Assembly (NCBI GenBank): GCA_963790205.1
Contig: CAWBNQ010000005.1
Location: forward strand, 192,001 to 256,000
Origin: Nitrospirota bacterium
GTDB taxonomy: Bacteria; Nitrospirota; UBA9217
DNA: 64,000 nt
Reading direction: 5' to 3'
Below the pieces are notes generated by a model, which saw nothing but the letters and a program-made list of their open reading frames with translations, searched no databases and was not told where the DNA came from. Shown one piece after another: positions 50,203 through 59,985 of the stretch. A program made the translations under genes and the position numbers. Each line of letters begins with the position of its first letter. Within the stretch, counting starts at the first letter, position 1.

Positions 50203-53200
50203 CGCACCTTCCTGAAAATATCCGGACGGGCTGCTATTTTCTCGGCCAGGCTATCCCGATAGTAGTATACCCAGACTTCATCGCCGCGGGCAATGATGGA
50301 CTGACGCTTGGATTCATCATCCTCCCGAACCTGCGGTTCATCGTGGGGGGTGCCGTCGCAGAAGACCCAGATACGCGGTTCGTAGTAAAAGTCCGGTTGC
50401 ACATAAATGCCATCAACACGCTTCTGAGCTGCGTCGGGCAATCGCAGGCCATTCTGATAGAGGTAATCCAGGAACTTTCGCTCTGTCGACGATGTGGGAT
50501 CGAGTCCTCGGGAGATGGTTTGATACTGGTCCTCGTAGCTGCCGAATCCTGTATTCGTCTGGATCTCAATATTACAGATGCGCAATTTCTCAAGAGCGTC
50601 CTTGATGAGATGTCGGTCTATGATCTTATGGTCGCGCTGGTTGTAGTAACTCAGAAGATCGTCATAGCTTGCCGGTCCTTTGTAGTTCTCATCGTCGTAT
50701 CGGCACAGAGTGATCGCCTGCTCTACGACTTTATGAAAAGCCTCCACGTCTTCAACAAATTGCGAAAGGATACCAAGGCTGCCTTCTGCTGCTTCATAGA
50801 GAAGGATGTTAGGCGCTTCAGGATCACCCACAGTGACCACACCGATCTCATTGGGCTCGGCCTGGAACACGCTTTCGATGGCGCGCTTCAGCGCATGCTG
50901 CAAGGTGATGACACCCTCGGGATTCAGTCCAAGTGGCTGTATCGGCTCGATATGCAGTGCATCGGCCAAATTCGAGGTCCAGAGCTTAACGAGTCGGAAT
51001 TCCTCTCTTGGATTTTCCTCCGGATCCGGCATTGAGTCTCGCCAGTCGCCGGATACCAATCCGATGGGGAAACCCTCGGCCTGTCGCGATCGCCACTGAT
51101 AATTGACATGAACCAGACGAGCCGCAGGCACGTAACGAAGATTCAGGAAGTTATTTTCAGCCGTACGCGCCGCGGCTTTACGCACGCGCTCCAGATGGCC
51201 GCCATCAACGGAGAAATAGGTCCTGATATTGTACCCGCGGGATACCCGCTCTTCCTCTTCGCAAGAAATCCGGTCAACCTCTTCGGCGCGCGACTCGGCC
51301 ATTTCCAGCAGATCATGAAGATGTTCCTTATTTGCGTTATCAGCGAGGTTGCAGCCGGTGAAAGGACAGATTTCGAGATCTTTCTGCTCATCCGTCAGGA
51401 AGTACCCGGCTTTTGTGCTGATCTTCACCTCGGTCAGTGCGGACTCCGCGTCTTGGACCACTAATTGGGTAACTTTGTATTTACGGCCGTTATGGTAGAT
51501 ACGGTTTAGTGGACCGAACTCTCGCATAGCAATGGCGCGCGGACGCGAGATGAACTCGCCGGAGGCATCGCTGGTGGGTAGGAAGATACGAAGCGGCAAT
51601 CGGGTGAAATTGTACCCGGGCAGAAACCCTTCCGAGGCCAGGTATCTATAGGGATAAAATTCGGATAATTCTGTTGACCTGCCAAGGTCGTTACGCAGAA
51701 GATCAAGCTGGCGGGTGGCCTGATCCTGGTTTCTCTTTTGTTTTTTGTAGTCGTCACTGCCCAGACCAAGTGTACCACTTTCGATCTTCTGTGTAGCCTT
51801 TGTAAGGATCGTTCTAGCCGAGCGATATAGTTTTCTCCAACGGTCAATAGCTTCGTTAAGATGATCAGCCAGTTTTGACAAGTTATGTTCGACCCACTGA
51901 TCCGAATACCAGCTTGCAGCCTTTGTCTCGAGCTCGGGAGCAAAATCCCTGATCACTCTCCTGAATTCTGCCTTGAGCGTGTTGAACTGGTTCGGCTGAA
52001 TGCTGAGGCCGGAGCGAACCGCAGGTGTAAGCGGCATCTTATCGTTGTCATCAACGATGAACCGCATAATAGACGGCCGGGCTTCTCCCTGAGCTTCCAG
52101 ACCAGGCAGGCCGATCTCAGATACGGTTAGGGCGTTCAGGTGCGTCAGCAATAATTCGCGATTACAGAGATCGAGACGAGGAGCCTGTACCACTCCGGCT
52201 ACGAGTTCAGCCTGGTGCTGAAAGTAGTGACGGTCATGAGGCGAGTAGCTTGAGCAGTAGGTGAATACCAGCGCACCTTGTCCGCTTCGCCCCCCACGGC
52301 CTGACCGCTGGGCGTAATTCGCAGGATTGGGAGGCGCATTGCGGAGATGCACAACATTCAGACCGCCAATATCGATTCCTAATTCCATGGTTGGCGAACA
52401 AAACAATGCGCTTACCGATTCACTTCGAATACGCTTTTCATCAAGCTCCTTCTTGGCTTCGTCGAGATACCAATCGGCACGAAAGCGGTCTTCCCTATCC
52501 AGACGGGCTTCGGTGTTCAATTGCCCAGTATGATCTTCAGCTCGCAGCCTTTTAGTCAAAGAGAAGTCGCGCCGGTACATATCTCTGAAAAACGCATTCG
52601 GCCTGGGTGTTTGGTCCTTGTAAGAGCGCCGCTTTATAACGTCGGACTTTACTGTTTTGCCATCGCCGAGCTTCCAAACGATCTTCTCGATCTTGAGGCG
52701 ATAAATCGGTATTTCTTCGTTCTTATCGCTGCGTGCGAGTTGAGACTTGAGATAATCCGCCTGTTCCAGCTTCGTCATCAGCTGGACAATGAAGTTCCGA
52801 TAGTGGTCGCCCTTAAGATTAATCTCCAGCCCACGTTGCCGGACATAGAGTTTAATGAACTTGCCCAGCGCACTGGCCGGTCCCATGCTTTTTGAAAAGA
52901 GTTTTGCGGAGCGGTGCAGTGGCTCATAGCGGATGACAAAAGGTTCCCGTAATCGCTCTTTCTGGTCCAAGGTCCAGGGAGGACGCAGCATCTCAATGAA
53001 CTGCTTTTCGTTTTCTCTGATCGCATTCTGTGTAAGATAGTTCTCGCTATGGATGGCGTATTCAAGGCGGAAGAAATCGAGAATCGTGCAGACAAACTCT
53101 CTGCGGTCGGCATGACTTAAAGCGCTCAAAAGCGGAATGTCCCGCCAGAAGGTATCCTCTGCAGCGACTTCATCCAAGTCCAGATATTCTATGGATAGCA

Positions 53201-55364
53201 AAGCGCATTGCTCCAAGTTCGGCAGGATGATTCGCCAGCTTCGCCGTAGATCCGCAATAGCGCGGTAGAATAAGTAAGTCTGGAAGCACTGCTCATATCG
53301 TCGTCTGACATTTGCCAGCGGCGGCTCTACGTTGGGGGTAGAATAGTCCAGAAACGACAGGCCAAGCGCTCTAAATACCGCCTCGCCAAGATTGGCATAC
53401 GTGAGGGTATTCCCGGAAGCTTCGTGAAGAGCTTTGTAAATGCCGGCACGAAGGCGGACCACTTGCACGAAATCGTTGAAATGACCGGCCTGGAGCGCGG
53501 CATCTTGTCTGTTGTCGGTAAAACTCAGCAGCTTTTGATCTTTCGGACGATATCCGGCATCATTCAGCTGATTAAGGATCGAGAACGCCATAATGGTCGT
53601 TGAGGTGCTGCGTCCCTCACTGCCCAGTTTTGTCAGCTTTGTACCTTCGTTCGTTTTCGTGTCAAAGAAGACACCGCCTGTTGGGTCAAAAAGCAGTGGG
53701 GCCTTCATGAACCATCCCCACCATTTCAGAGGTTTGGTTTCAGAACAATTTCCAAGCTCATCAAAATGGAGCTTAACGGGAAACAAGGTTTTCTTTTTCG
53801 AATCCGGAACCGGTCCGTTTTTTGTCATTCTCAGCCAGGAGTCCGGCAAAAATTCGAAGTCCTCGGCTAGTTCCCAGACATCTTCGCCGACAATGAGATA
53901 GCCATCTGTCGCTTCTTCATCTTCTTCTGTTTTTTCCCGAAACTCTCGCGGTTCCAGCCGATTGCCGACTCTGGACACACATATGAACGCATGTCCCGTG
54001 GCCCGGCTGAACACATTTGGAAAGAGAGGCTTTTTGTCCCCTTCGTCCTTTTTGAAGATACCCGGCTCCAGAGTAACATAGCGATTCTCGTCCTGATCGA
54101 GTGTAGTATAGACCGATCCTGTTTGAGAGATGAACTGATGCAGTTTAAAAGGTAGGATCGTGTAACGTTGCCTGGCTTCCTGCATTCGTTTGTTCACGAT
54201 GCTGATCCACTGCATAAGATCGACGAGGAACTGTCTGCAGATCGTTTCTGACAACCTGGTTTCTTGCATCAGCATAGCGACGATCGTGCCGATCCGCTGG
54301 GGGGTGCGCCGAATAAGATGGCCATCGTGCGTATCCAGCGCGACATTATTTTCAATCCAGACAGCAACGGGGTTGGCCTTCAAACGCTCAATGTCGTCTT
54401 CTGCGTTAATACCCGCCTTTATGGCTGCGGCGAGCTCCGCGCCCGATGGCAATCTACCGGAGAATGACACCGAACGGGCCAAAGTCTCGTTTATGACTTG
54501 TTCCGGCGTAAATGGCTTACCAAAAAGCGTAGTGGCAACTTTAGCGACCTGTTCGCGTTGCGAAGCGGGACTCCCGACGGAAACCATAGTGGCCGAGGTA
54601 CCGATGCAGGTCACCTCTCGGCTGCATTTGGAGCGGATGCGGCGGATCAACATAGCCACATCAGCGCCTTGGCGTCCACGGTAGGTATGGAGTTCGTCGA
54701 AAACGAGAAAACGCAGGTTGCTGTATATGGAATCACGAATGGAACGCTCCCGAACGCGAGTCAGGAGCAATTCCAGCATCATATAGTTGGTCAGGAGAAC
54801 GTGCGGAGGATTCTCGCGCATCTTTTGGCGTGCCTCTTCCTTCTCCTGTCCGGTATATTGCCCAAAGGTTATTGGGAATCCTCTCGCGCCGCTTTCGTAA
54901 TTAGCTTTGTAGCGGTTAAACTCTTCCGATTGAGAATTGATCAGAGCGTTCATCGGATAAACCACGATGGCTGTTACGCCCGATGTCCCGGGATGGGAGA
55001 GCAAATGGTGGAAGATCGAGCCTATATAGGTCAGAGACTTGCCGGATCCCGTACCAGATGTGACGATGAAATCCCTGCCTGCGGTCCCAAGACGTATTGC
55101 TTCAACCTGGTGCCGGTACAGTGTATATCCTTTAAAGATGTCCGCCGTGTCGGCATGTAAGGCGCCGGACCGTGCAAGATCCGAGACGCTGCCAGACATC
55201 TCGTATGCGGGGTTAAATTGCAAGAGAGGCTCGGGCCACAGTTTACCAACGCGAAGATCCCCTTCTACTACCGCCCGTAAAGTCGGATCGGCAATATTAA
55301 GGAAGCTGCGAATATAGGTCGCGTAGTCCGAAACGATATGCGAGTGCGTCTTGAAAACGTTCAT
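50199..55364 (-). CDS. DEAH helicase + DUF1998 + C-terminal DUF559/Vsr-like nuclease
   Basis: GTGSGKS, DELH, SAT, FTDNRQDAA, QRSGRGGR, HAL..AI..LYE..EG..G, PDFYY....VFCDG.PHD. Confidence 0.9.
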   Translation of the reverse strand: MNVFKTHSHIVSDYATYIRSFLNIADPTLRAVVEGDLRVGKLWPEPLLQFNPAYEMSGSVSDLARSGALHADTADIFKGYTLYRHQVEAIRLGTAGRDFIVTSGTGSGKSLTYIGSIFHHLLSHPGTSGVTAIVVYPMNALINSQSEEFNRYKANYESGARGFPITFGQYTGQEKEEARQKMRENPPHVLLTNYMMLELLLTRVRERSIRDSIYSNLRFLVFDELHTYRGRQGADVAMLIRRIRSKCSREVTCIGTSATMVSVGSPASQREQVAKVATTLFGKPFTPEQVINETLARSVSFSGRLPSGAELAAAIKAGINAEDDIERLKANPVAVWIENNVALDTHDGHLIRRTPQRIGTIVAMLMQETRLSETICRQFLVDLMQWISIVNKRMQEARQRYTILPFKLHQFISQTGSVYTTLDQDENRYVTLEPGIFKKDEGDKKPLFPNVFSRATGHAFICVSRVGNRLEPREFREKTEEDEEATDGYLIVGEDVWELAEDFEFLPDSWLRMTKNGPVPDSKKKTLFPVKLHFDELGNCSETKPLKWWGWFMKAPLLFDPTGGVFFDTKTNEGTKLTKLGSEGRSTSTTIMAFSILNQLNDAGYRPKDQKLLSFTDNRQDAALQAGHFNDFVQVVRLRAGIYKALHEASGNTLTYANLGEAVFRALGLSFLDYSTPNVEPPLANVRRRYEQCFQTYLFYRAIADLRRSWRIILPNLEQCALLSIEYLDLDEVAAEDTFWRDIPLLSALSHADRREFVCTILDFFRLEYAIHSENYLTQNAIRENEKQFIEMLRPPWTLDQKERLREPFVIRYEPLHRSAKLFSKSMGPASALGKFIKLYVRQRGLEINLKGDHYRNFIVQLMTKLEQADYLKSQLARSDKNEEIPIYRLKIEKIVWKLGDGKTVKSDVIKRRSYKDQTPRPNAFFRDMYRRDFSLTKRLRAEDHTGQLNTEARLDREDRFRADWYLDEAKKELDEKRIRSESVSALFCSPTMELGIDIGGLNVVHLRNAPPNPANYAQRSGRGGRSGQGALVFTYCSSYSPHDRHYFQHQAELVAGVVQAPRLDLCNRELLLTHLNALTVSEIGLPGLEAQGEARPSIMRFIVDDNDKMPLTPAVRSGLSIQPNQFNTLKAEFRRVIRDFAPELETKAASWYSDQWVEHNLSKLADHLNEAIDRWRKLYRSARTILTKATQKIESGTLGLGSDDYKKQKRNQDQATRQLDLLRNDLGRSTELSEFYPYRYLASEGFLPGYNFTRLPLRIFLPTSDASGEFISRPRAIAMREFGPLNRIYHNGRKYKVTQLVVQDAESALTEVKISTKAGYFLTDEQKDLEICPFTGCNLADNANKEHLHDLLEMAESRAEEVDRISCEEEERVSRGYNIRTYFSVDGGHLERVRKAAARTAENNFLNLRYVPAARLVHVNYQWRSRQAEGFPIGLVSGDWRDSMPDPEENPREEFRLVKLWTSNLADALHIEPIQPLGLNPEGVITLQHALKRAIESVFQAEPNEIGVVTVGDPEAPNILLYEAAEGSLGILSQFVEDVEAFHKVVEQAITLCRYDDENYKGPASYDDLLSYYNQRDHKIIDRHLIKDALEKLRICNIEIQTNTGFGSYEDQYQTISRGLDPTSSTERKFLDYLYQNGLRLPDAAQKRVDGIYVQPDFYYEPRIWVFCDGTPHDEPQVREDDESKRQSIIARGDEVWVYYYRDSLAEKIAARPDIFRKVR

Positions 55365-55573
55365 GGCAAATCCAGAATCCCTGATACATTCTTGAGTTCT
55401 TTTGCGGTGAGATTGCGGGACTGCTCGGTCGTCTTCCAGGGGAAGTTTTCAAGCAGCTCCCTCGCTTCAATGGAGAGGGCTTCGGCGAGGCTCTTGGGAT
55501 CGTGGAATTGCGCCCAGTCACGCTCGTTTCGGTATGAGATGATCTTTTGCTGGACGGATGAGAACTCAGCCAT
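55361..55573 (-). pseudogene. Truncated MazG-like nucleotide pyrophosphohydrolase
   Basis: ERDWAQFH.PKSLA.ALSIEA.ELLE.F.W is present, but the second E..D motif is missing (70 aa). Confidence 0.7.
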
Positions 55574-55856
55574 GTATCTCCTGCAAAAACTGTTATATAT
55601 GGGCAATTATTTGGAAAACTTTACTACAACTGGGTGCAAAGGGCAAGTAAAGAAACGGGCAATTTTGGGGGGATACGCATTTGACGGCTTTGCTGGCTTA
55701 TACTATAAAATAAAAAAATCTCGAAAGATGTTAGAGAAAATGGCGAACAACTAAAAACAATCTAGAGGGGTTCAACCAGCTGCTTTTTTATCAAGATCAA
55801 AATTAGAGTCAGCTGCTAAGCGAACGTGTGCACGCTAGCAGTTTATGATAAAAATC

Positions 55857-56900
55857 CTAGAGAAAATTGGGTGACACTTTTCCGTTGATCGTAACGGTAA
55901 TAAACCCTTTCATCCTCAGCCAGGCCTCGACGGCGATCCGCCAGGCTGCTTGCGACTGAACACTACCATCACTGCATAGTATATCACCTTGCAAGTTTGT
56001 CATCCAGTCATAGGCAGCGCTCCTTTCCCATTTGGTAAACGTTTTTTTGTTCGTGAAGTACACTTGGCAGGCGTTGCCGCCATGCAGGCACGGACGGGGT
56101 TGGTGGTTAAGGTCATGTTCAACCGTCGATGCATATGCCTCCATGTGCTCGCGCGGACAACTGGACTTATACAAGAGTTTTGCAGCAAGCCCGTTCTTCA
56201 GCTCGGTTTGTGCCTCTTCGATCGCGCCGTTGTAGGGCGGATAATGGACTGGACTGTTCAACGGCAGGACGAAGTAGTCGGCGAGCACAGCATTGACCGC
56301 TGCATGATTCAGGTTCGCGCCATTGTCGCGCTTGAGGAACAGAGGCGCACCGAAGCGATCGAAGGTCGCTGCGAGATAGCCGGATATCTCTTCGCCGCAG
56401 GGCACATCTCCCGTCATAGGAGTGAACTTGTAGCGAGACGCGAGGTCCTGCATATGGTTCAGGTACACCTTGCCACCGTCTGTGTCACGATGTTTGTATT
56501 CACAGGGGTCCATTGACCACGCGACGTTTGGCACGTTCCAGCTGATCCGCCGCAGATTCTGACGATGGAGTGTATTGAGGTCATGCCTCGCCATAGCGAC
56601 CATGCTCTGCAGGTCTCGCCGTGACACAGAGGACGCGTGGCTCCCGTATAATGCGCCCGTGCCCTGCGTGCGGCTCTGCCCGTGAGACAGCTTTGCGATA
56701 TCCCCTGTAATCCCCTCAAGATCCGGAGGCTTGACCTTGGGAGGACCCGGTTGCCGCACGAGGGGCGTGGCGTTCTTCTGTCGCAGACGCCAACGGATAA
56801 AGCTCGGGTAGGGGAGCCTCACGGCACTGCAGATCTCCTGGTAGTGCATACCGGTTTTCTCTCTCATCCGGTCAACAACGGCAAGCATACTGGTTATCAT
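55857..56900 (-). CDS. rve/DDE-type transposase
   Basis: WSMD, LKRDNG.N, SP...P.YNGAIE. Confidence 0.85.
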   Translation of the reverse strand: MITSMLAVVDRMREKTGMHYQEICSAVRLPYPSFIRWRLRQKNATPLVRQPGPPKVKPPDLEGITGDIAKLSHGQSRTQGTGALYGSHASSVSRRDLQSMVAMARHDLNTLHRQNLRRISWNVPNVAWSMDPCEYKHRDTDGGKVYLNHMQDLASRYKFTPMTGDVPCGEEISGYLAATFDRFGAPLFLKRDNGANLNHAAVNAVLADYFVLPLNSPVHYPPYNGAIEEAQTELKNGLAAKLLYKSSCPREHMEAYASTVEHDLNHQPRPCLHGGNACQVYFTNKKTFTKWERSAAYDWMTNLQGDILCSDGSVQSQAAWRIAVEAWLRMKGFITVTINGKVSPNFL

Positions 56901-57277
56901 TTCTTCCTTCGCTTTCGTTTTTTTTCCTCCGACTCGTCAGCTCTTTTTTTCACACGGGCATTGTGGAGTTCATACGCGTGCAGCATGTCCCGCACTTCTA
57001 CCGTTTTCTTAGCGACAAAGAGCTTGTTCTGGAGCTCAGCGATTTGCTCCTGTAAACGCTGTTTCTCCTCGTCCTGCGGTATACTCGGCCTTCCAGGGGA
57101 TTTATCCTCCATGGCCTCGGTCATCGCCTGTAATGCCCGGCGCTCCCACTCGTAGTAGGTCTTCCGCGACACGCCGAGCCTCCGTGCGCCTTCCTCGGCC
57201 GTGATCTGGCCGCTGCGCACTGCAAACACCACCGCAGTCCGCTTTCGGGCAAGCTCCTTGTCTTCTGAGTCGCTCAT
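56897..57277 (-). CDS. HTH protein of the transposon
   Basis: A..LGVSRKTYYEWE.RAL..M...PGRP + coiled coil. Confidence 0.85.
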   Translation of the reverse strand: MSDSEDKELARKRTAVVFAVRSGQITAEEGARRLGVSRKTYYEWERRALQAMTEAMEDKSPGRPSIPQDEEKQRLQEQIAELQNKLFVAKKTVEVRDMLHAYELHNARVKKRADESEEKKRKRRKK

Positions 57278-57294
57278 GCACACCGACCTTTCCG

Positions 57295-57690
57295 TTATGG
57301 GGTCTCAGCCTTGCGCAGGGGGGAGCTTTCGGGCTTCAGGTCCTTTAGCTTCTCCGGTTTCCTTGCTTCCTGCGCCTTCGACAGCGTCTTTTCCAGCCTG
57401 TTCTGTACCGGGAGCATCAGGCGCTTTTTCTCCAGCATCGTCTGCAGCCGCGGGCTGAGCGCCGGCCCCTTGTCCAGGATCACCCGGGGTTCCAGAGCCT
57501 GGAGCATTCCCTCCATCGCCCGTTTCTGCCACTGGGAGAGCACCATCCACGGTATCCCCATCTCCCGGCATACTTCCGCCGGCCTCCGCCGCTCCGTCCA
57601 TATTGAGAGAACCGCCCGGCATTTCTCCATCGCCCCGTGGTTTGTCATCTGCCGCTTCTTCTCGCTTTTTATCTTCTCCGTTTTTTCCAT
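57295..57690 (-). CDS. HTH-like protein of the transposon, overlapping the transposase tail
   Basis: KC.AVLSIW.ERR...EVCRE.GI....L.QWQ.RAMEGML.ALEP; abuts the next gene. Confidence 0.7.
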   Translation of the reverse strand: MEKTEKIKSEKKRQMTNHGAMEKCRAVLSIWTERRRPAEVCREMGIPWMVLSQWQKRAMEGMLQALEPRVILDKGPALSPRLQTMLEKKRLMLPVQNRLEKTLSKAQEARKPEKLKDLKPESSPLRKAETP

Positions 57691-58853
57691 GGCCGGCCCC
57701 TTCTTCGTTTAGATTGTAGACTACTTCCTGCGTGGTGTCATCCTCTTCATCGTCAACCGATAGACGCAGCTTGCCCTTTTCCGCCCGCAGCACTACCGAC
57801 TGCCCCTCCATGCGGCCCACCATGTAGAACGGCAGCTTGGGCTTCCCGCGGAGCGCCATCTCGAGGAGATTCTCCTGGATGCCATGCTCGATCGTCTTCC
57901 TGAGCTCGCTCTGGATCTCAAAATACCGGTCCGCGGGACACAGGCCGCCGATCCCCTGGTGCGGTCGTTTGTGGTTGTAATACTTCACCCACTGCCGTAT
58001 CCGCTCGGCGGCGTCCTCGAAGCTATCGAACTGCGCTCTGACAAGAAACTCCAGGTAGATCGTCTTCCAGAACCGTTCGATTTTGCCCAGGGTCATAGGG
58101 TGGTGTGGTTGGGATTTGATGTGGTGGATCTTGTCTTTCTTGAGCTCCAGCTCAAAACGGCTGTGCCCGCGCCAGCTCGTATACTGCCGCCCGTTATCCG
58201 TGAGCATCTCTTTCGGCGGGTTGTACTCGGAGGACGCCCGGCGGTATACCTCGATAACGTTCTGGCCCGTCTGAGTGCGGAAAAGCTCGAGCCCCGTGAT
58301 GTAGCGGGAGTAATCATCGATGTAGCCGATCAGGTACGCATAGTGGCCGCCAAGACGGAACGTGAAGATGTCCGTTTGCCACAGCTGGTTCGGCGTTGAT
58401 CGTTCGAAAAAACGGGGACGGGTGATATTACGCTGACGCTTCTTAGGCGGGGACTTGATGAGGGATGAATCGTGAAGGGTCTTGCGGACTGTTTCAGGGC
58501 TGGCGGAAAGAAAAAACGCCCTCTTTAAAACCTGTGAAATGCGCTTGATGCCGAAGAGCGGGTTGGCTTCTTTTACCTCGACGATCTTCTGCCTTACCGG
58601 AGAAGGAAGACTGCGCCCCTTACCTCTGTAATTGCGTTGCGAGCCCCGCTTCGCCATGACGACGATAGTCGCGCACCCAGCGCCCGACCGTCCCACTGCT
58701 CAATCCGCATTCCTGCCGAATCACCGAAGCAGGGACGCTTTCTTCAACAAACTTTTTGACGACTTGAAGCTTGAAATCCGGTCCATACCGCTTGCTTCGT
58801 TTCGGGAACTTCCTTTTCCTGCCTACTTGCTGTATACTCTTTTCTGGTTTCAT
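57305..58853 (-). CDS. IS481-like transposase (HTH + rve core), apparent +1 frameshift near 58645
   Basis: N-terminal HTH in ORF 58620..58853; WQTDI, IDDYSR, LTDNG.QY, GKIERF, RPHQG. Confidence 0.85.
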
Positions 58854-59134
58854 GATGACACTCCTTTCAAAACCTAACTTTGGAGTGTCACCCTATTTCC
58901 TCAAATCCTTGTTATCATAAACTGGTCGCTAGGACAGACCTGATGAATCGCGATTGCACATGTTTCATCGGGCCGAGGCATTCGGATTCCAAGTAAATTG
59001 TTATCGCTCATAGTGATCTTATGCTGTCAGATAACGCATTGCGCATAACCTGCGGCGTATGTGCCTCTCTTCCGCAGACTAACTTATGGCCGCCAGATAG
59101 ATACGTTTTATTAGACAGACGCATTAGATGGCCC

Positions 59135-59665
59135 TCAAGCCGATTCGGACGACCGGTGATAGAGGATCACGGCGAGCACACCGGCAAGCATGTACTGATG
59201 GCTTTGCTCCATCTGGTCGAAATGTGTTTAACCACGAACTATGGCTGCCTGGATACGACCCGAGGTGGCCTTCACTAGATCGGCCTGCGCGGCGTCGCTG
59301 AAGCCACCTTGTTCCAAGAGCACGATGTAGTCATTCGGACTCAGTCTCGATCCGTCTGAGTTGACCCATATTCTGCCCTGCTTGCGGACGCCCCAGTTTA
59401 ACCGACTCTGCACACACTCAGCCAGCACATCCTCGCTGTCGTGGTAGCGGGACGGAGGATCACAGGAGTCAAGTTCCACAATAAGCTCGTTGAGAGGTTC
59501 TGCGAAGCTGTCTTCTTCGGGCTCATACCGCTTGGCATCGTGGTCCCACGACAGTTCCCAGTTGCTGCGGATGTGCGACAGGGGACGAAGTACTTCATGG
59601 TCAACCCAGTCGCTCCAGGCAAAGAAGTCCCCTACAGTGGTCATTCGGCCCCCCTGCGACATCAT
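59135..59665 (-). pseudogene. Hypothetical cassette-like gene with an internal TAA at 59228
   Basis: Frame continues RG*THFDQMEQSHQYMLAGVLAVILYHR to TGA 59135; flanked by a 10-bp inverted repeat. Confidence 0.55.
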
Positions 59666-59672
59666 AAGTTCT

Positions 59673-59727
59673 GTCTAATGTTAAGGCTTCTTTCTGAACG
59701 CTTTATTCAGAAAGAAGCTGGTTGGAC
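59673..59727 (-). other. attC-like hairpin at the downstream end of the IS91 module
   Basis: GTCCAAC-CA-GCTTCTTTCTGAA-N7-TTCAGAAAGAAGC-CTTAAC-ATTAGAC, a perfect 13-bp stem. Confidence 0.55.
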
Positions 59728-59876
59728 TAAGCCGTTGCGCGCCACGTCGCTATGGGATTTCAAATGATTTGTCAGCTTAAAACGAAGTCCGCGGAGACAG
59801 CATTGGCAGGGGCGTGAGACTTGTTCGGGTGAAAAGCGGCGATTCCGGACTGCTCCGCAAGCCCCTTTCGTAAAAG

Positions 59877-59905
59877 ACTATACAGGAAAAAGGGCTTTTG
59901 GGCAA
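59877..59905 (-). promoter_or_regulatory. Outward-reading sigma-70 promoter in the IS91 end
   Basis: TTGCCC-N17-TATAGT, conserved in the 23501 copy as TTGCCT-N17-TATAGT. Confidence 0.6.
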
Positions 59906-59985
59906 TAGGGTATCGTTGCGAAAGACGTGACTTTTTTCGGGGATGGATGTCGGAGTCGGGTTGTTCATTTCAGTGCTTGTGGTAA

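Larger units (their letters stand above)
55827..58936 (-). mobile_element. 3.1-kb IS481-like element with two DDE genes and two HTH genes
   Basis: ~51-bp imperfect terminal inverted repeats TGT...CAGTTTATGATAA...GGGTGACAC at both ends; no target duplication visible. Confidence 0.85.

Noticed and set aside
43043..55364. Canonical DISARM, BREX or Druantia call
   Set aside because: No drmC PLD, no separate drmA/drmB, no pglZ/brxC and no druA-D recognised; only resemblance is claimed
59228..59230. Recoded stop in the cassette-like gene
   Set aside because: The codon is TAA, not TGA/TAG, and has no redox motif; treated as a nonsense mutation (same for 39197)
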